Positions 42,068 through 55,535 of a DNA stretch of 64,000 nt are shown piece after piece. Numbering within the stretch: position 1 is the first letter of the stretch; each line of letters opens with the position of its first letter. The notes under the pieces are model-generated. The model was not told the DNA's origin, did not search any database, and worked only from the letters and a program-made list of their open reading frames with translations. Source of the stretch: Heptranchias perlo. Its lineage: Eukaryota. The translations under genes and the position numbers were made by a program. The stretch covers positions 1,612,001 to 1,676,000 of the forward strand of contig NW_027139729.1 of NCBI RefSeq assembly GCF_035084215.1, read 5' to 3'.

Positions 42068-42635
42068 ACAACAAGACTGAGTGTCCCAGCACTGACGGTG
42101 TGGATAGCAGGACCGAGTGTTCCAGCACTGACAGTGCATATAACAGGACCGAGTGTTCCAGCACTGACTGTGTATATAACAGGACTGAGTGTCCCAGCAC
42201 TGAATGTGTGTATAACAGGACTGAGTGTCCCAGCACTGACAGTGTATGTAACAGGACTGAGTGTCCCAGCACTGACGGTGTGTATAACAGGACTGAGTGT
42301 CCCAGCACTGAATGTGTGTACAACAGGACTGAGTGTCCCAGCACTGACTGTGTGTATAACAGGACTGAGTGTCCCAGCACTGACAGTGTATGTAACAGGA
42401 CTGAGTGGCCCAGCAGTGATTGTGTGAATAACAGGACTGAGTGTCCCAGCACTGACGATATAACAGGAATCTGTATCCCAGCACTGACTGTGTGCATAAG
42501 AGGACTGACTGTCCCAGCACTGACCGTGTGTCTTACAGGACTGACTGTCCCAGCAGTGACTGTGCGTATAAGAGGACTGAATGTCCCAGCACTGACTGTG
42601 TGTGTAACAGGGCTGAGTGTCCCAGCACTGACTGT
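42068..42635 (+). repeat. 36-bp minisatellite, about 16 copies
   Basis: AACAGGACTGAGTGTCCCAGCACTGACTGTGTGTAT. Confidence 0.92.
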
Positions 42636-43204
42636 TCTTCCAGTGTACATGATTGTGCGTAGAATGTACATGGGCTGTGGAGGAGATAAATGGGTAGGGT
42701 AGACTCCATGATAGGGTGCAATGAAATGCGGTTGACGGTGGAGATGAAATCGGTTGGAGGAGGTTACAGAGATAGGGAGGGGGTAAGGACCATGGAGGGA
42801 TTTGGAAACCAGAATGAGGATTTTAAAATCGAGACGTTGCCGGATCGATAACCAATTTAGTAACACACGAACATAAACTTACGGTTCACTGCCCGGCAGA
42901 CAGGTGGAGAAGACATTGATGTCCGCGGAGGAACAGTCAGGGTCACAGCAGCAGTCGAGTTCGCAGACTCCGGCAGTCAGGTCACAGGTACAAATGGGAA
43001 CGGCTGGAACAAGACACACAGTGAGATCTTACAACAGAGCACGGACGGTCTCAAAGACCACCTCCCTCCCTTGTCTGAATCCACGATCACCGTCTTCACC
43101 ATCCCAAAATCAATCTGCAGACTTATCCTCCCACTGCTTTCTACTCACCGAATTACAGCTACCAGATACCCAGCACAACCCACTTAATAAATAATAATAA
43201 TTAT

Positions 43205-43695
43205 GTGGAGAGAATAGAGAAGCTGCGATTACTCTCTTTGGAGCAGAGAAGGTTCAGGGGAGATTGACTCGAATGGTACCGGGGATGAGGGACTTCAGTT
43301 CCCGGGAGAGACTGGAGAAGCTGGGATTGTTCTCCTGAGAGCAGAGACGGTTAAGGGCAGATTTAATGGAAGGGTTGAAAATGAGGAGGGGTTTTGATGG
43401 AGTCGATGGGGAGAAACTGTTGCCACTGGCGGGAGGGTCGGTAACCAGAGGACACAGATTGAAGAGAATGTTTTTAGGCAGCGAGTTGTTCTGATCTGGA
43501 ATTCACTGCCTGAAAGGGCGGTGGGAGCAGATTCAATAATAACTTTAAAAAGAGAATCTGGTCAATCCTTGAAGGGGGGAAATTTGCAGGACTGTGGGGA
43601 AAGAGCAGGGGGAGTGGGACTAATGGGATCGCTCTTTCACAGGGCCGGCACAGGCGCGATGGGCCGAGCGGCCTCTCTCTGTGCTGTTTGATTCT
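43205..43695 (+). mobile_element. CR1 LINE 3' end
   Basis: GAGCAGAGACGGTTAAGGG...GATGGGCCGAGCGGCCTC tail. Confidence 0.7.
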
Positions 43696-43849
43696 CGCTC
43701 ACTTTTGGGCTCCGAACCACGGCCCGTTTGACCGGGAGGCGGGAGAGTGACTCCTCCCCGAGCCCAGCTCGACACCGGGCGCTGCCAGAGTGGAGATTCA
43801 CGGGGCCCGCAGGAGGCCCCGAGTAACGCCGCCCGTCTCCGTAAACCGA

Positions 43850-44145
43850 GGGGCTGCAATCAGGGAAAACCCCCCTCGGGCAGAATGTAAAATTCAAATT
43901 GCTGTAATGTACCTGTAATGAATCTGAAATGAATCTGTAAGCAATAATCTGTGTTGAGTATGATGCAATGAGACACCCTAGAGTGTCATGAACTGTAATT
44001 ATGTCCAATGTGTTCATTGAACTGTACTTGACGTAACCTGCAAATTGTATAATCTGTATTGTGTACGTTTGGAAAGTGATATGACAACTGTATTGTATGT
44101 ACTGCTGCAAATTTTATGAATAAAGTATATTTTTTGGAAAAAAAA
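43850..44145 (+). mobile_element. Tx1/L1-like LINE 3' UTR with poly(A)
   Basis: AATTTTATGAATAAAGTATATTTTTTGGAAAAAAAA, resembling the end of the element at 45085. Confidence 0.5.
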
Positions 44146-44149
44146 CTCC

Positions 44150-44510
44150 GCCCGTCTCCCCCGGACCCCCCCCCCCATCTACCCCCGCTCTCCCCTCCCA
44201 GGCCACTCCCGGGTGCGGGCCCTCCCTCTATCGGCCTAGCCTCCGCCCACAGCAGCGCCCGCCCGCCCGCCGGAACACGCCATCCTCATGCTCCCGACGT
44301 CGGCCTGTTGCTGGTGGAACGCGGCACAGCGACAGCGCGGCGCATGCGCGGCGTCCCTGGGGCCGGTGCGGCACGTACGCGTCTTGACATCAGCGCGCAA
44401 ATGCGAGTGACGCCGCAGCGTGTCACGTGACGGGAGGACTCAGCCCAGGAGCATGGGGGGAGGGGAGAGCTGTCAATCAAAGGACCCGGAGTCAACACTC
44501 ACTGCGCACA
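44150..44510. promoter_or_regulatory. CpG island / promoter-like region
   Basis: High CpG, GCGCATGCGC, GTGACG, TCACGTGA, GC boxes. Confidence 0.5.
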
Positions 44511-45084
44511 GAATTTGTTTAAAAATGCAAAATCTGCAAGAATGAAATCAAAATACAATTGAACAAAAAAAGGAAAAAACTGTAAATGAAAAATTCGGAA
44601 TTAAAAGCTGAAATGTCCAAACTCACATCAGGCTGATGGTCTGGGTCCTCCCGTCAATATTCGTCTCCTTAACCTGGGGCACAGGATGAGCAGAATGTTT
44701 GAATGTCACTTTTTTAATGCAGAGGGCGCTGGATGGATGGAATGGACCAGCGAGGGAGGCAGTGGGGCCTGATTGTATCAGCAAATTCCAGAGAGTTGGC
44801 TAAGTACCTGATAGCGGTACTTTGGGATATGACAGCCGAGAAATTGGGATCTTCAAAATTATTTTGGTGCATGTGCACTAGTTTTTAGTGATTGGTGTAC
44901 CTGGACACCCAAACACCTTTGCTCCCCTGCAGTTCATAGTTTCCCAATCTTATGAAAATACTCCTATTTCTCACCTGGTGCCTGCAATCGATGCTCTTTG
45001 TATAACTCCCCACATCTTTACTGTCCGGCTATATTCCCACTCTTCACTGTCCAATAATAACAGACACGGTGAAACAGGAACATT

Positions 45085-45876
45085 GTTTTTTGTATTTCAA
45101 AGTGTAGTTTATTTCATAAAATTTATGGATACACACAGTTCAATGTAAATATCACAGTTACAATTCAAAAATACACAATACAGATCGTATACACTAAGAC
45201 TCCGTTATTACATTTCAAAACACAGTACATATCTTCTAATACGTGCAGTACAATACAAGGTGAAATGGCCTTATACGGTGGCCTTTCCCCATAGAGCCTT
45301 TGCATCGGCCGCACCTCACTTCAATATGTCCCACAACACTTATTCCTGGACATTGGAGTGTGTCAGTGGGCAACACTTAGTCGTGGACAGCTCCTTCAGC
45401 TGGATGACCAGCAGGGTTCTGGTGGTCCAAAGGACCTCCTTCACCGAGTTGATGATCTTCCAGCAGCAGTTGATATCTGTCTCAGTTTGCGTGCCAGAAA
45501 ACAGCCCGTAGAGCACGGCGTCCTGTGTCACCGAGCAGTTGGGGATGAACCAGGACAGATACCAACGCATCTCTCTCCACACATTCTGCAGGGAGGGGCA
45601 GTCCCCCAGGAGATAGACGATGGTCTCGCCCCCCTGCAACCTCGTGGGAAGCTCACGGTGGCGCTGAGATGCTGTGTGCTGGAAAGACGGCACTGGGAGG
45701 GCCCTTCTCACCACCATCCAGGCTACATCCTGGTGCCTGTTGGTCAGTTCCGGCGATAAGACGTTCCACTAAATAGTTTCAACCGTCTGATCAGAGAACT
45801 GACCAACCGGATCTACCCTCCCCTTTCCCTGCAGGACACTCAAAACATTCTGTGCCGTTCACTGTTTGATGGCCTT
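45085..45876 (-). mobile_element. Tx1-clade (L1-like) LINE 3' fragment
   Basis: zf-RVT-like ETIVYLLGDC...VW...TQDAVLYGLF...CCWKIINSVKEVLW. Confidence 0.75.
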
Positions 45877-48420
45877 GTTGTATAAAGGGTTAACTTCACG
45901 ACAAGTGGTGGGGTACGGTCTAGCTGGACGAGACATCCTGCATCTGCTCGGCCAGCGTGGCCAGACCCAACCTTCTCAGTGTGGGGACTGTCACTACCTT
46001 TGGTATCAAACCCCAAACTTGCTCCATTTGATTACACGGTTTGTGGGTGTAACAGGCAGAGCTGCAGCCTTTCAATTTACACTCATCTGAAGTTCCCTTG
46101 AACCACCCCTTTATATAACTATCTTGGCTCAAATTTGGAACTTGAATACTTTCTGTGGGATTTAAACCTTTTTGGATCCGGGTCACTAAAAATTCTCCGA
46201 ACACCTTCTGCTGGTGGGACCTCGAGGGTCTCGGTGAACAAGGCGGCCAATCAGTGATTCGGGCCAATCAGTGATTCGGGCACTCGACACATTTACGTCT
46301 TTAATTCGGTCTTTTGTTTGGAAAAGCCCTGGACTGTGATGGGTGTAAACTTTAACCTTCTGACCTCCAATGATGTGGAGGGACTTAGAGAGGGCGCAAT
46401 ACAATGGAAGGACCTGCCTCTCTCATTCTGTGTAGATTAGCTCAGCTCCCTGGAGACGAGTTGATGTAAAATTAATGGGATTAGTCTTACCATGATAGAC
46501 TGGCCCAAGCATGGTGACGGAACTCTCTGATGGGGAAGGGGTAAAGGGCACAGTACTTTGTATAATGGGGGCGGCAAGCATTGGAACAGTAACAAGTCTA
46601 GTATTAAGGGTGGTGATGGTGTTGGTGTGGCTCTCCGTTCACTGGCATTCAACTCCCTCCAGAAGTAGCCCATACAGGGGAGCAGCAATTTCTGTATAGT
46701 CAGAGATACAATCCCCACACAATCCTGTCATACCCAGAAACAAGTGCAGGGAGGTCTCATCAGTGGACCGTGGTAAGGAGGTGATAACCTTGACTTTATC
46801 CTGGTCCATAGACCGGGACCCTGCCTCTACGATGACACCAAGGAACGTGATCTGAGGTTTCATCAACTGCAGCTTAGTGACATTGATCCTAAGTCCAGAG
46901 GATTCCATTCGATGGGAAACCTCACTCACCATTCGCAGGTGCTCTTCCCGTGTCTCGGTATGTATTAGGATTTCATCCACATATTGGATGACAGCCCAGG
47001 GATTCGCGGCCCTGTCGAAGCTCCTTTCATGTGAGCAGGGAAAATAGCGGGGCTGTTGTGGGAACGTTGAGGGAGGACGGTCCCAGTGTACTGATGTCCT
47101 TCGAAAGTAAAGGCGAATTTGCAATGTGAATCGGGTTAGAGCGGGAGATTCCAGAACCCGTTCAAGATATCTGTCACTGAATACCAGTGAGACCGATGGA
47201 CCATTCGAGATATCTCTCACCGAATACCAGTGAGACCGATGGACCATTCGAGATATCTCTCACCGAATACCAGTGAGACCGATGGACCGTTCGAGATATC
47301 TCTCACCGAATACCAGTGAGACCGATGGACCATTCGAGATATCTCTCACCGAATACCAGTGAGACCGATGGACCGTTCGAGATATCTCTCACCGAATACC
47401 AGTGAGACCGATGGACCATTCGAGATATCTCTCACCGAATACCAGTGAGACCGATGGACCGTTCGAGATATCTCTCACCGAATACCAGTGAGACCAATGG
47501 ACCGTTCGAGATATCTCTCACCGAATACCAGTGAGACCGATGGACTATTCGAGATATCTCTCACCGAATACCAGTGAGACCGATGGACCATTCGAGATAT
47601 CTCTCACCGAATACCAATGAGACCGATGGACCGTTCGAGATATCTCTCACGAATACCAGTGAGACCGATGGACCATTCGAGATATCTCTCACGAATACCA
47701 GTGAGACCGATCGATCAGCTTGACTAACATCTCTGGGTATGAGGCCAAAATAGGACTCATTGTTGGAGTATATTTGATTAATTGCTTGTAATTATCTGTT
47801 GCTCACAAAGCACCATTTGATTTGCACAGAGTTCCCCCCTGATACACCATAATTTCCTGAACAGCCCTGGTGCTCTAAACTTATTTTTTTCGTTCGCAAG
47901 CTCTCCACTGCCTCTCTCAGATAGGGGGTCCTGTCTCTATAGAGGGGGTTATCACCTTTTACCCGAATACACTGAACCATTCGCCCACGTTCATGTCAGT
48001 GTTTGGAAAACACTGCCTGATGCCTTTCACACACCTGTCGAACCTTGCGGTCAGAGACGTAGAGGGTAATTTCACCTTCAGTGCTTGGGCTGTAAACTGA
48101 CGCAGCTGAATTTAAAATCGGGCCGGTTCTATAAGGGGCGGGTGATCCGCTCTCCCATTTCAGTCCCCAGCGATGGTGGAAATTTCCCTCCACGTGATGT
48201 GAACGGATGCAGTTTGAGACAAAGCACGACTTGTGGGGTTCGAAGATTAATACTAGGGCGTAGGTCAGGAAAGGTGTGGCCGATCTTATGTATCTCGGCC
48301 TGGCGGAAATGGGGTGGAAGAGGCTAGTAAATGATGTCAGGTCACTTACCGCCCCTTTAATACTGTCGTTCCTGCCTCCGCCATCGTGGGTAGGGTCCTG
48401 AGAAGAGCGGCCTGATCAAC
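45877..48420 (-). mobile_element. Decayed Gypsy/Ty3 LTR retrotransposon (RT/RNase H remnant ~46440-47180; LTR-like ~45877-46430)
   Basis: DILNGFWNLPL, KFAFTF, VLPQ..HNSPAIF, QYVDEILI, FLGMTG...IAAPLY; TATATAAA on the minus strand at ~46110. Confidence 0.7.
47158..47711 (+). repeat. 43-bp minisatellite, about 13 near-identical copies
   Basis: GAATACCAGTGAGACCGATGGACCATTCGAGATATCTCTCACC at 47179, 47222, 47265, 47308 and onward. Confidence 0.95.
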
Positions 48421-49310
48421 ACCCACCTGTTTCCGGTCAGGCCACGTGTTACATGTAAATCAGTGTATTATGACTTACGGGGAACTTCATTTAATGTTGG
48501 GCACAAATGGTTGGAGGAGCCGCCCTTTCGATGGGCATTGACTGGTCCAGAACACTGAGAAGTATCTTTTTAACTCATATTTTTTGGAGTAAGGATGAGC
48601 CGGAGAGCTTTCCCTTGGCCTGCTGCGGCCGTGAGAAATCTCCCGGCCCCTGATTGTCTCAGAAATGTATCAGGAGGTTTCCTTATAGATCTGTGTAACC
48701 AGGCCCAGCCTCATGTCCCATTAAACTCCCTGCAGTGAGTAAACATTGCTGCACAACAGCTCAGAGAGGAAACGATCTCCGGAACTCCCCACTGGAGTTT
48801 GAAATTACATTAATATTTTACCAGTTAGTAACGGTCCGGGTGTTGGTCCATTATTATTCTGTTCTGGTCAAAACAAATGTCCCAATGAACAGGACGCTGT
48901 CTGACCCTGACAGCTCACCCTCAGTCCATCACACCGGGCAGTCTGTGTGTTGGGAAATAATCATCAACCGAAAAGGAGGATTTGATTTTATTCATTTCAG
49001 GATTAAACAGTTAATATTGAAATCATATTATTTCCAGACTAATAACAGCAAAAAATGTCATGTTAGAATCACATCTTGTATCATTTCACAACACCGCATT
49101 TGTTTGATAAATTATAATTTCTGTCTGGTATTTCCAAATTTATGTGAAGTATTAGATTGATATCAGTTACTTCAGTGAACTCATTGATGTCAATGGAGAG
49201 TAAAATCAGGCGTGGTTAATAAAGGGCGCCCGATTGCCTACCGCCCGTCTTATGCCACCGAAAAACGTGAAAACCTACTCGAATGGACTGTAATTTTTGA
49301 GGAAATGTAT

Positions 49311-50209
49311 TCAGATGTTTCTATATTTAAAAAATGTAACAATTAGATTCAGTGGGTATTTCAGCCCGTTCTTCAGCTCCTCTCTGAATTTAGTCTGGGT
49401 CACAGCATAAATACACGTGTTGGTGCAGGAACTGAGAAGTTGAAGCATCAATCCGGCTGACTCAATGTCACTGGCCGTATAATACTGGGCGTTTGTTACA
49501 CGCAGAGAGATAAAATAAAAAACTTCTGCGCTCCATAACAATATAAAACTGCCTGATATACAGAAGAGTAAAATAATGGATTTCCTTCGGTTCTCCATCT
49601 CTGGATCATTGTGATTCTCTCCATTGCTGCGGCCCCGGAGTCCCCTGCGGACTCTATTGGCCGCTAAAACGTGCCTGGCGGTGAGAACATTGAACAGTAA
49701 AATCAGAATGAATGGGAGACAAGGCATTAATGCAAGATTAAACAAGTCAAACGCAGCAAATGTGGGTGAAGTGAAAAATGTAGGTTTGAAGACACAACCC
49801 CGGGGTACATTGTCCATTATATATTCCGGGTCTACTGCAAAGTACCAGGGAATGCTTAGTAAACAGCTCAGCGCACTCACCACCCCGATAACAACAGCCG
49901 CTGTTTTCTCGGTGCAATATTTTGTTTTCAGCTTCTGACAACAAATGGCCACAAATCGATCAAAGGTGAAAACCACTGTGAACCAGACAGAGGCCGCCGT
50001 GGCTGTTAGAATCAGGAAGAAAATGAAACGACACACGGGGGTAATGGTCAAGAATGAAACTGGGAAATAAATATCAGCAATGCGCCACATTATGACATCA
50101 GTGATAACGACCAGGAGATCGGCCGCCGCCATTCCCACCAGGTAGCGAGTGATACATTTGGAGAGTCCGCACTTTCCTCGGGACAGGATCACAATCGCCA
50201 CCAAGTTAA
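49311..50209 (-). CDS. Class A GPCR, GPR139/GPR142-like, exon 2
   Basis: Hydrophobic TM segments, AAADLL, FDRFVAIC, SCTNTCIY; acceptor CTCTCTTACAG at 50210. Confidence 0.9.
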
Positions 50210-52457
50210 CTGTAAGAGAGAGAAACAGAAGCAGAGAAATTACTGTTCAGACCTGGAGACAAAGCGGCAGTTTGAGAGGATCAGGGTGAAATTTCCAGCT
50301 TTGTTGCTGCATCAAACGGTGGGAACTGATTTACTGACCTGGGCTGCGCTTTCGGGCAGAGAAATGTTTTTAAATACAATGATCAATAAGGAATTGGGAA
50401 ATTGATACAGAAAGTTAACAAAGCGAGCATCGGATCCACTGGAAGGGCTGAGTGAGGGCGCAATGCCGGTGGGAAAGGGTGAGGTGTTTTACTGAGTGGG
50501 AATCCAACGGGTGAAATCCAGATTTGGGCTCCTGATGGACGGGAAAGTGAGCGAGGGTCGGGAAGGTAAGGGGACAGGGGGAGGTGCTGCTGATTTGTTG
50601 CTCTGGGTTGAGAGAGCTGACAGGGGCCAGCTCAAAACGGGAAAGACCGAGATCCGAGTCGGTGAGTTTGAAACTTTGAATACGCATGGAAAAGGCAGCT
50701 GGAGGCGGAGCCAGTGATTGAAATTGGGAGGGAGACAAAGAAAATTGACATGTCGGAGGGGAGGGGAGTCAGGAGCAGTTGGTTTGGGAAAGAGGATAAA
50801 CTGAAGCAACAGATGAGATGAGAGTGGGAGGAGAGGCGGGGATTCACAGGGAGAGACTGCAACAGAATGTTAGGGGAAATCAAGTCTACAGGTCTCAGTA
50901 ACACAAAGCAATTAATAAATTCAACTTTTAACGTCCGTGGTTATTGGTGTCAGGGAACAACTCGTTGGTTACATAATGTTTCAATAAATTTACTTTTCAC
51001 ATTCAATTGCAATTAAACTCGAATGTATTCTTTAAGTTAGCCTCGTTCTTTATTGAACTAAGTTGACATATAGCTTCCAGAGTATAGTATCCTAATAAAT
51101 CAATGCGATCAAGAAATCACTGATTTTATTATTTAAATACATTTCAATTATGTTTATATATTCAATCAGTAAACAAGTAAAAGGAACATTCACATAAACA
51201 GACTGAGGACCTGATAGCGATAAACACACCCGGAGAGAGTACAATAAAACTCTCACAATCTGACAACATCCTGATAACACTTTCAATTCACATTTCATCT
51301 TCATAATTATACTGGAAGTTTCAGCAGTTCATTCCGATTAATTATTCTCAACGCTGCCGTTCCCCCTCTCTCCACATCTCATTCTCTTTGTTTGTGTGAC
51401 TCTCTCTGTCTCTTTCTCTCCCGTCCCTTCTCCACCTCCCTTCTCGTTTTCCTTCTCAGTCGCGTTCTCGATCGTTCCTCTCTGTCTCTCCGCACTCTCT
51501 CTACTCTCTTTCTCAATGTCGCTTTTCACACCCGAGTAAATCCTAACTTCCTGCGCCTGCTTTCTCTTCACCAGCCCCGTGTTCCAACGATCCTATTCTT
51601 AAAGTCAGTTTGTTCAATGGTGAAGCCTCTGTGAACAGTTTAATGTTTCTACAGATCATTCAAGTCTCCAACTGTTCACCTACACTGTTCACTTCATCTA
51701 CAATGTAAGGAATGAAGAGAATCGAATGCCTCTTCCAGACACACCTCACAATTATTGAAATTCCTTCTCCTGAATTACAAAGTAAAGCGTTAGATGGCGG
51801 CATTGTTCAATTAACAAAACGCCAACATCACTGCTGCTGCAAAAAATCTACAGATAAATAGAAGGGCTCATGATTCCAACAGATAAAGTGCAAACTGATA
51901 CAAAATAACCTCAAAACATTGCATTTTACAGTGAATTCATCGACAGTGAAGCAGAGAATGAGATGTGAAAGAATCAGCAGCAAACTCAGTTCAGTAACCA
52001 GAACTCTGGAGCTTCTTCAGATACACACACAATGAAATAATATTTCATAAGAGTGATAACTAATAAATACATTGAAATCCCAGTTAAACTGAACCATGTT
52101 ATTGTGGGGGGAGGACATTGCGCTGCCTCCTTGTAACACTGAGACCGTGAGCTGTCTCATTATCAATCACTGAAAACACATTGATGAAAAAAATTCCAGG
52201 TCAGATTAGTTCCACAACATGAAACTGTTAACAGCTCCTGATGGTCTGATACCAGCACTTGGCCCAGACATCTGATTCCAATAATTCAAGTGCAGAGAAT
52301 AATCGAGTAACAAAGCCAGGGTTGGATAAACAAAGTTCACTATAGATACAATGCAATTGCTACAGGTCCGACCGTTTGAAGCGTCGACCATTACTCCACA
52401 ATAAATTCAGTGCACAGAATAATTCAGTAACAATGCCAGGGTTGGATATGCAAAGAT

Positions 52458-53036
52458 CATAAAATCATGCAGAACCCTGGTTAGAGCGCACCTGGAGTAC
52501 TGTGAGCAATTCTGGGCACCGCACCTTCGGAAGGACATATTGGCCTTGGAGGGAGTGCAGCGTAGGTTTACTGGAATGATACCCGGACTTCAAGGGTTAA
52601 ATTACGAGGAGAGATTACACAATTTGGGGTTGTATTCTCTAGAGTTTAGAAGGTTAAGGGGTGATCTGATCGAAGTTTATAAGATAATATGGGGAACGGA
52701 TATGGTGGATAGAGAGAAACTATTTCCGCTGGTTGGGGTTTCTCGGAGTCGGGGGCACAGTCTAAAAATTAGAGCCAGACCTTTCAGGAGCGAGATTAGA
52801 AAACATTTCGACACACAAAGGGTGGTAGAGATTTGGAACTCTCTTCCGCAAACGGCAATTGATACTAGCTCAATTGCTAAATTTAAATGTGAAATAGATA
52901 GCTTTTTGGCAACCAAAGGTATTAAGGGATATGGGCCAAAGGCAGGTATATGGAGCTAGATCATAGATCAGCCATGATCTGATCGAATGGCGGAGCAGGC
53001 ACGAGGGGCTGAATGGCCTACTCCTGTTCTATGTTC
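52458..53036 (+). mobile_element. CR1 LINE 3' fragment in the GPCR intron
   Basis: LEGVQRRFT...YEERL...LEFRRLRGDLIEVYKI...IKGYG. Confidence 0.85.
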
Positions 53037-53346
53037 ATATAATAGATAGAATGCAGCTCCTCCAAGACCAAGCGTTTTGAATTTAATGACATACCATTAT
53101 TCAACAATATATTCAGTACAGAGAACAATCCAGTAACAGTGCAAGGGTTGGATGTACAATGTTCATTACAGATATAATACAGCTCCTGCAAGACTGAAAG
53201 AGCAGAGACTTTAAACAATCACTCATTCAACTGATATAAGAGAAGAGGTGACTGCGCAAAACATAGTGGGAGAAAGAATAATTAGCCAAATACAGCAGCA
53301 CAGTTAACACCGATTTGCAATATTCACAGATGAGATGACGGCTTAC

Positions 53347-53416
53347 CTGGAACTCCAATGGCTGCAAGAACAGGATAGTAAATGCGTTCGATCTGCAACA
53401 ATACTGGATATTCCAT
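53347..53416 (-). CDS. GPR139-like GPCR exon 1 (spliced protein 322 aa)
   Basis: MEYPVLLQIERIYYPVLAAIGVP G|GTAAG; joins exon 2 in frame to give GVPVNLVAIVILSR. Confidence 0.88.
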
Positions 53417-54269
53417 TTCTGTGAGAAGCGGTGACTTCTGTTGATCTGAAAACCGCAGCTCCAGAAGGCACTCTGGGCTGACATATTGCAACGAGCTTAA
53501 TTTATGCAGGGGATTAATGTCCACTGACACGGTTATACCCCTGATCATTGCTATTAGTTACAGTCACCTGAACAAACACATTACATCAGCAGCTTTGTCT
53601 CCAATGTAAATAATGACGTGAATATATCACAAACATCTCAAAGTCCAGCACATTATCTTAATGAGACCTCTCTCAGGAATAAAGTTAAAAGCTGTGCTCA
53701 TAAAGGACTGGTCCAACAATCATGAGCGGCTCCATTTACAGTTTTCATATAATTGTATTGACTATGTTCACTCCTGCCCATTCATTTATAAATTTTACAG
53801 ATTTCACCGCGTCTACACTGAATCCAAGGACAAAAGCAGACCCGTTTCACTCTGTCCCTGAAGTTTCCCAGTTAAAATATGTATTTTGAGTCTCTGACAC
53901 GGGGACAGTTCAAGGTCACGCTTAGGACTGTGCGTGATATCAGGGATCACTAAACGAGTTTCATTGCCATTCCTCTCTCCGTTATTTTCCTGCAGATATT
54001 TACCCGTTTATTTTATATTGGTTGAAGGCTGCAGTAAAATTGCTCCCGTGCAACCCCGAGCTGAGCTCATGACCCGATTTGACCTCCTTCACAAAGGCCC
54101 CGTGCTTCCCTCACCCGCCTCCATTCCTTCCTCAGCATATTGCCATTCAAACCCTCATTAATGTCTCTGACCCTCCAGACTCCATTCCTCCAATGCACGC
54201 CTGTCCGGTCATTCAGCCTCCTCCTTCCAACCAGCACCAGGTCCTGCTTGGCCCCACGGACCGTCACTG

Positions 54270-55065
54270 ACTCCCAGTTCCCGATTGCCTAAAGTTTAAC
54301 ATTTTCAGACTGGGGTTTGAATCCCTCCATGGCCCACCCCTCCCCATCTCCACCCTCTCCTCCGCACCTACAGGAAACCCACCCGTGACCTCCTCATTCA
54401 TCGATCATTGGCCTCTTTTGGTGGGACATCCCTCGCTTGGTTCCACTCACCTATCTGATCATAGCCAGGAGAAGCTTCTCTTCCCACCCTATCGCCGTTA
54501 TCTCTGATGTATCTAAAGGTTCAATCCTTTGCTCCCTCCTCTTCCTCATCCACATGATGCCCTTTGGTGACATTGTCCACAGACATGGACCAGCTTTCAG
54601 ATTTACGCTGACAAAACCACCGCCTCTCTTGACCCTTCCAATGTCTTTGTGTTGTCATAGCACCATTCTGTTTTAGAGGAGCCATAATTTATTCCAGTTA
54701 AAAATTGTGAAGTCAAGATCTTTGACCCCCTCCCAATCTCCACATCCTTGCCACTGATTCCATCTCGAACCCTCTCTTTTTGATTGATGAGTCCCTCACC
54801 AATCACCCAATCCTTACTGAACTGCATTGGCTTCCAGTCTCCTAAGCCTGTAGTTTATTTTTATTGTTCCTTACACTTAAATCCACTAGGGCCTCACCCC
54901 TCCCTATCTCTGTAACCTCCTCCAGCCCCTGAAAAATACTCCATTCCCCCACCTCTGGCGCTTGTGCATCCACAGTCCATTTGCCCTACTGTTGACAGCC
55001 GTGCCTTCAGCCTTATCCACGCTCCAGAATGCCCTCCCTCTGCCCCTCCATCTCCCTCTACCCCT
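54270..55065 (+). mobile_element. L2-like LINE fragments
   Basis: GSILCSLLFLIHM (PQGS-like region) and pyrimidine-rich L2 3' segments. Confidence 0.55.
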
Positions 55066-55074
55066 TTCAGGTAT

Positions 55075-55535
55075 CAGACGTGGCTCAGTGGTAGCGGTCT
55101 CACTTCTGCGTTCGAAAGTTGTGAGTTTTAGTCCCACTCCAGAGACTTGAACACATAATCCAAGCTGACACAACAGTGCAGTACTGAGGCAGCATTGCAC
55201 TGTCGGACATATCGACTTACGTAAGACACGTTGAACGGAAGGCCTATCTGCCCTCTCATGTAGATATAAAAGATCACACGGCAATATTCGAGAATAAACA
55301 GAGGAGTTCTCCCCATTGACCTGGGCAATATTTATCCCTCAACTAATATAACTGAAACCGATTTTCTGGTCATTTATCTCACTGCAGTTTGTATGAGCTT
55401 GCTGTGTGCAAATTTGCTGGCGCGTTTCCCACATTACCACAATGACTACACTTCAAAGTGCATTTCATTGACTGTAAAGCATTTTGGGACGTCTGGGGGT
55501 CTTGAAAGGCGCTGTATGAAGGCAAGTCCTTTCCT
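55075..55535 (+). mobile_element. tRNA-derived DeuSINE (SacSINE1-like)
   Basis: A box GTGGCTCAGTGG, Deu-like core GTGCAGTACTGAGG...GGAGTTCTCCCC...TTGCTGTGTGCAAAT, L2-like tail TGTAAAGC...AAAGGCGCT. Confidence 0.75.

Noticed and set aside
41960-42866. Long Cys-rich or repetitive ORFs in several frames
   Set aside because: Artefact of a 36-bp minisatellite that is stop-free in multiple frames on both strands
47158-47711. CRISPR-like palindromic repeat array
   Set aside because: The units are contiguous with no unique spacers, there are no cas genes, and the context is vertebrate
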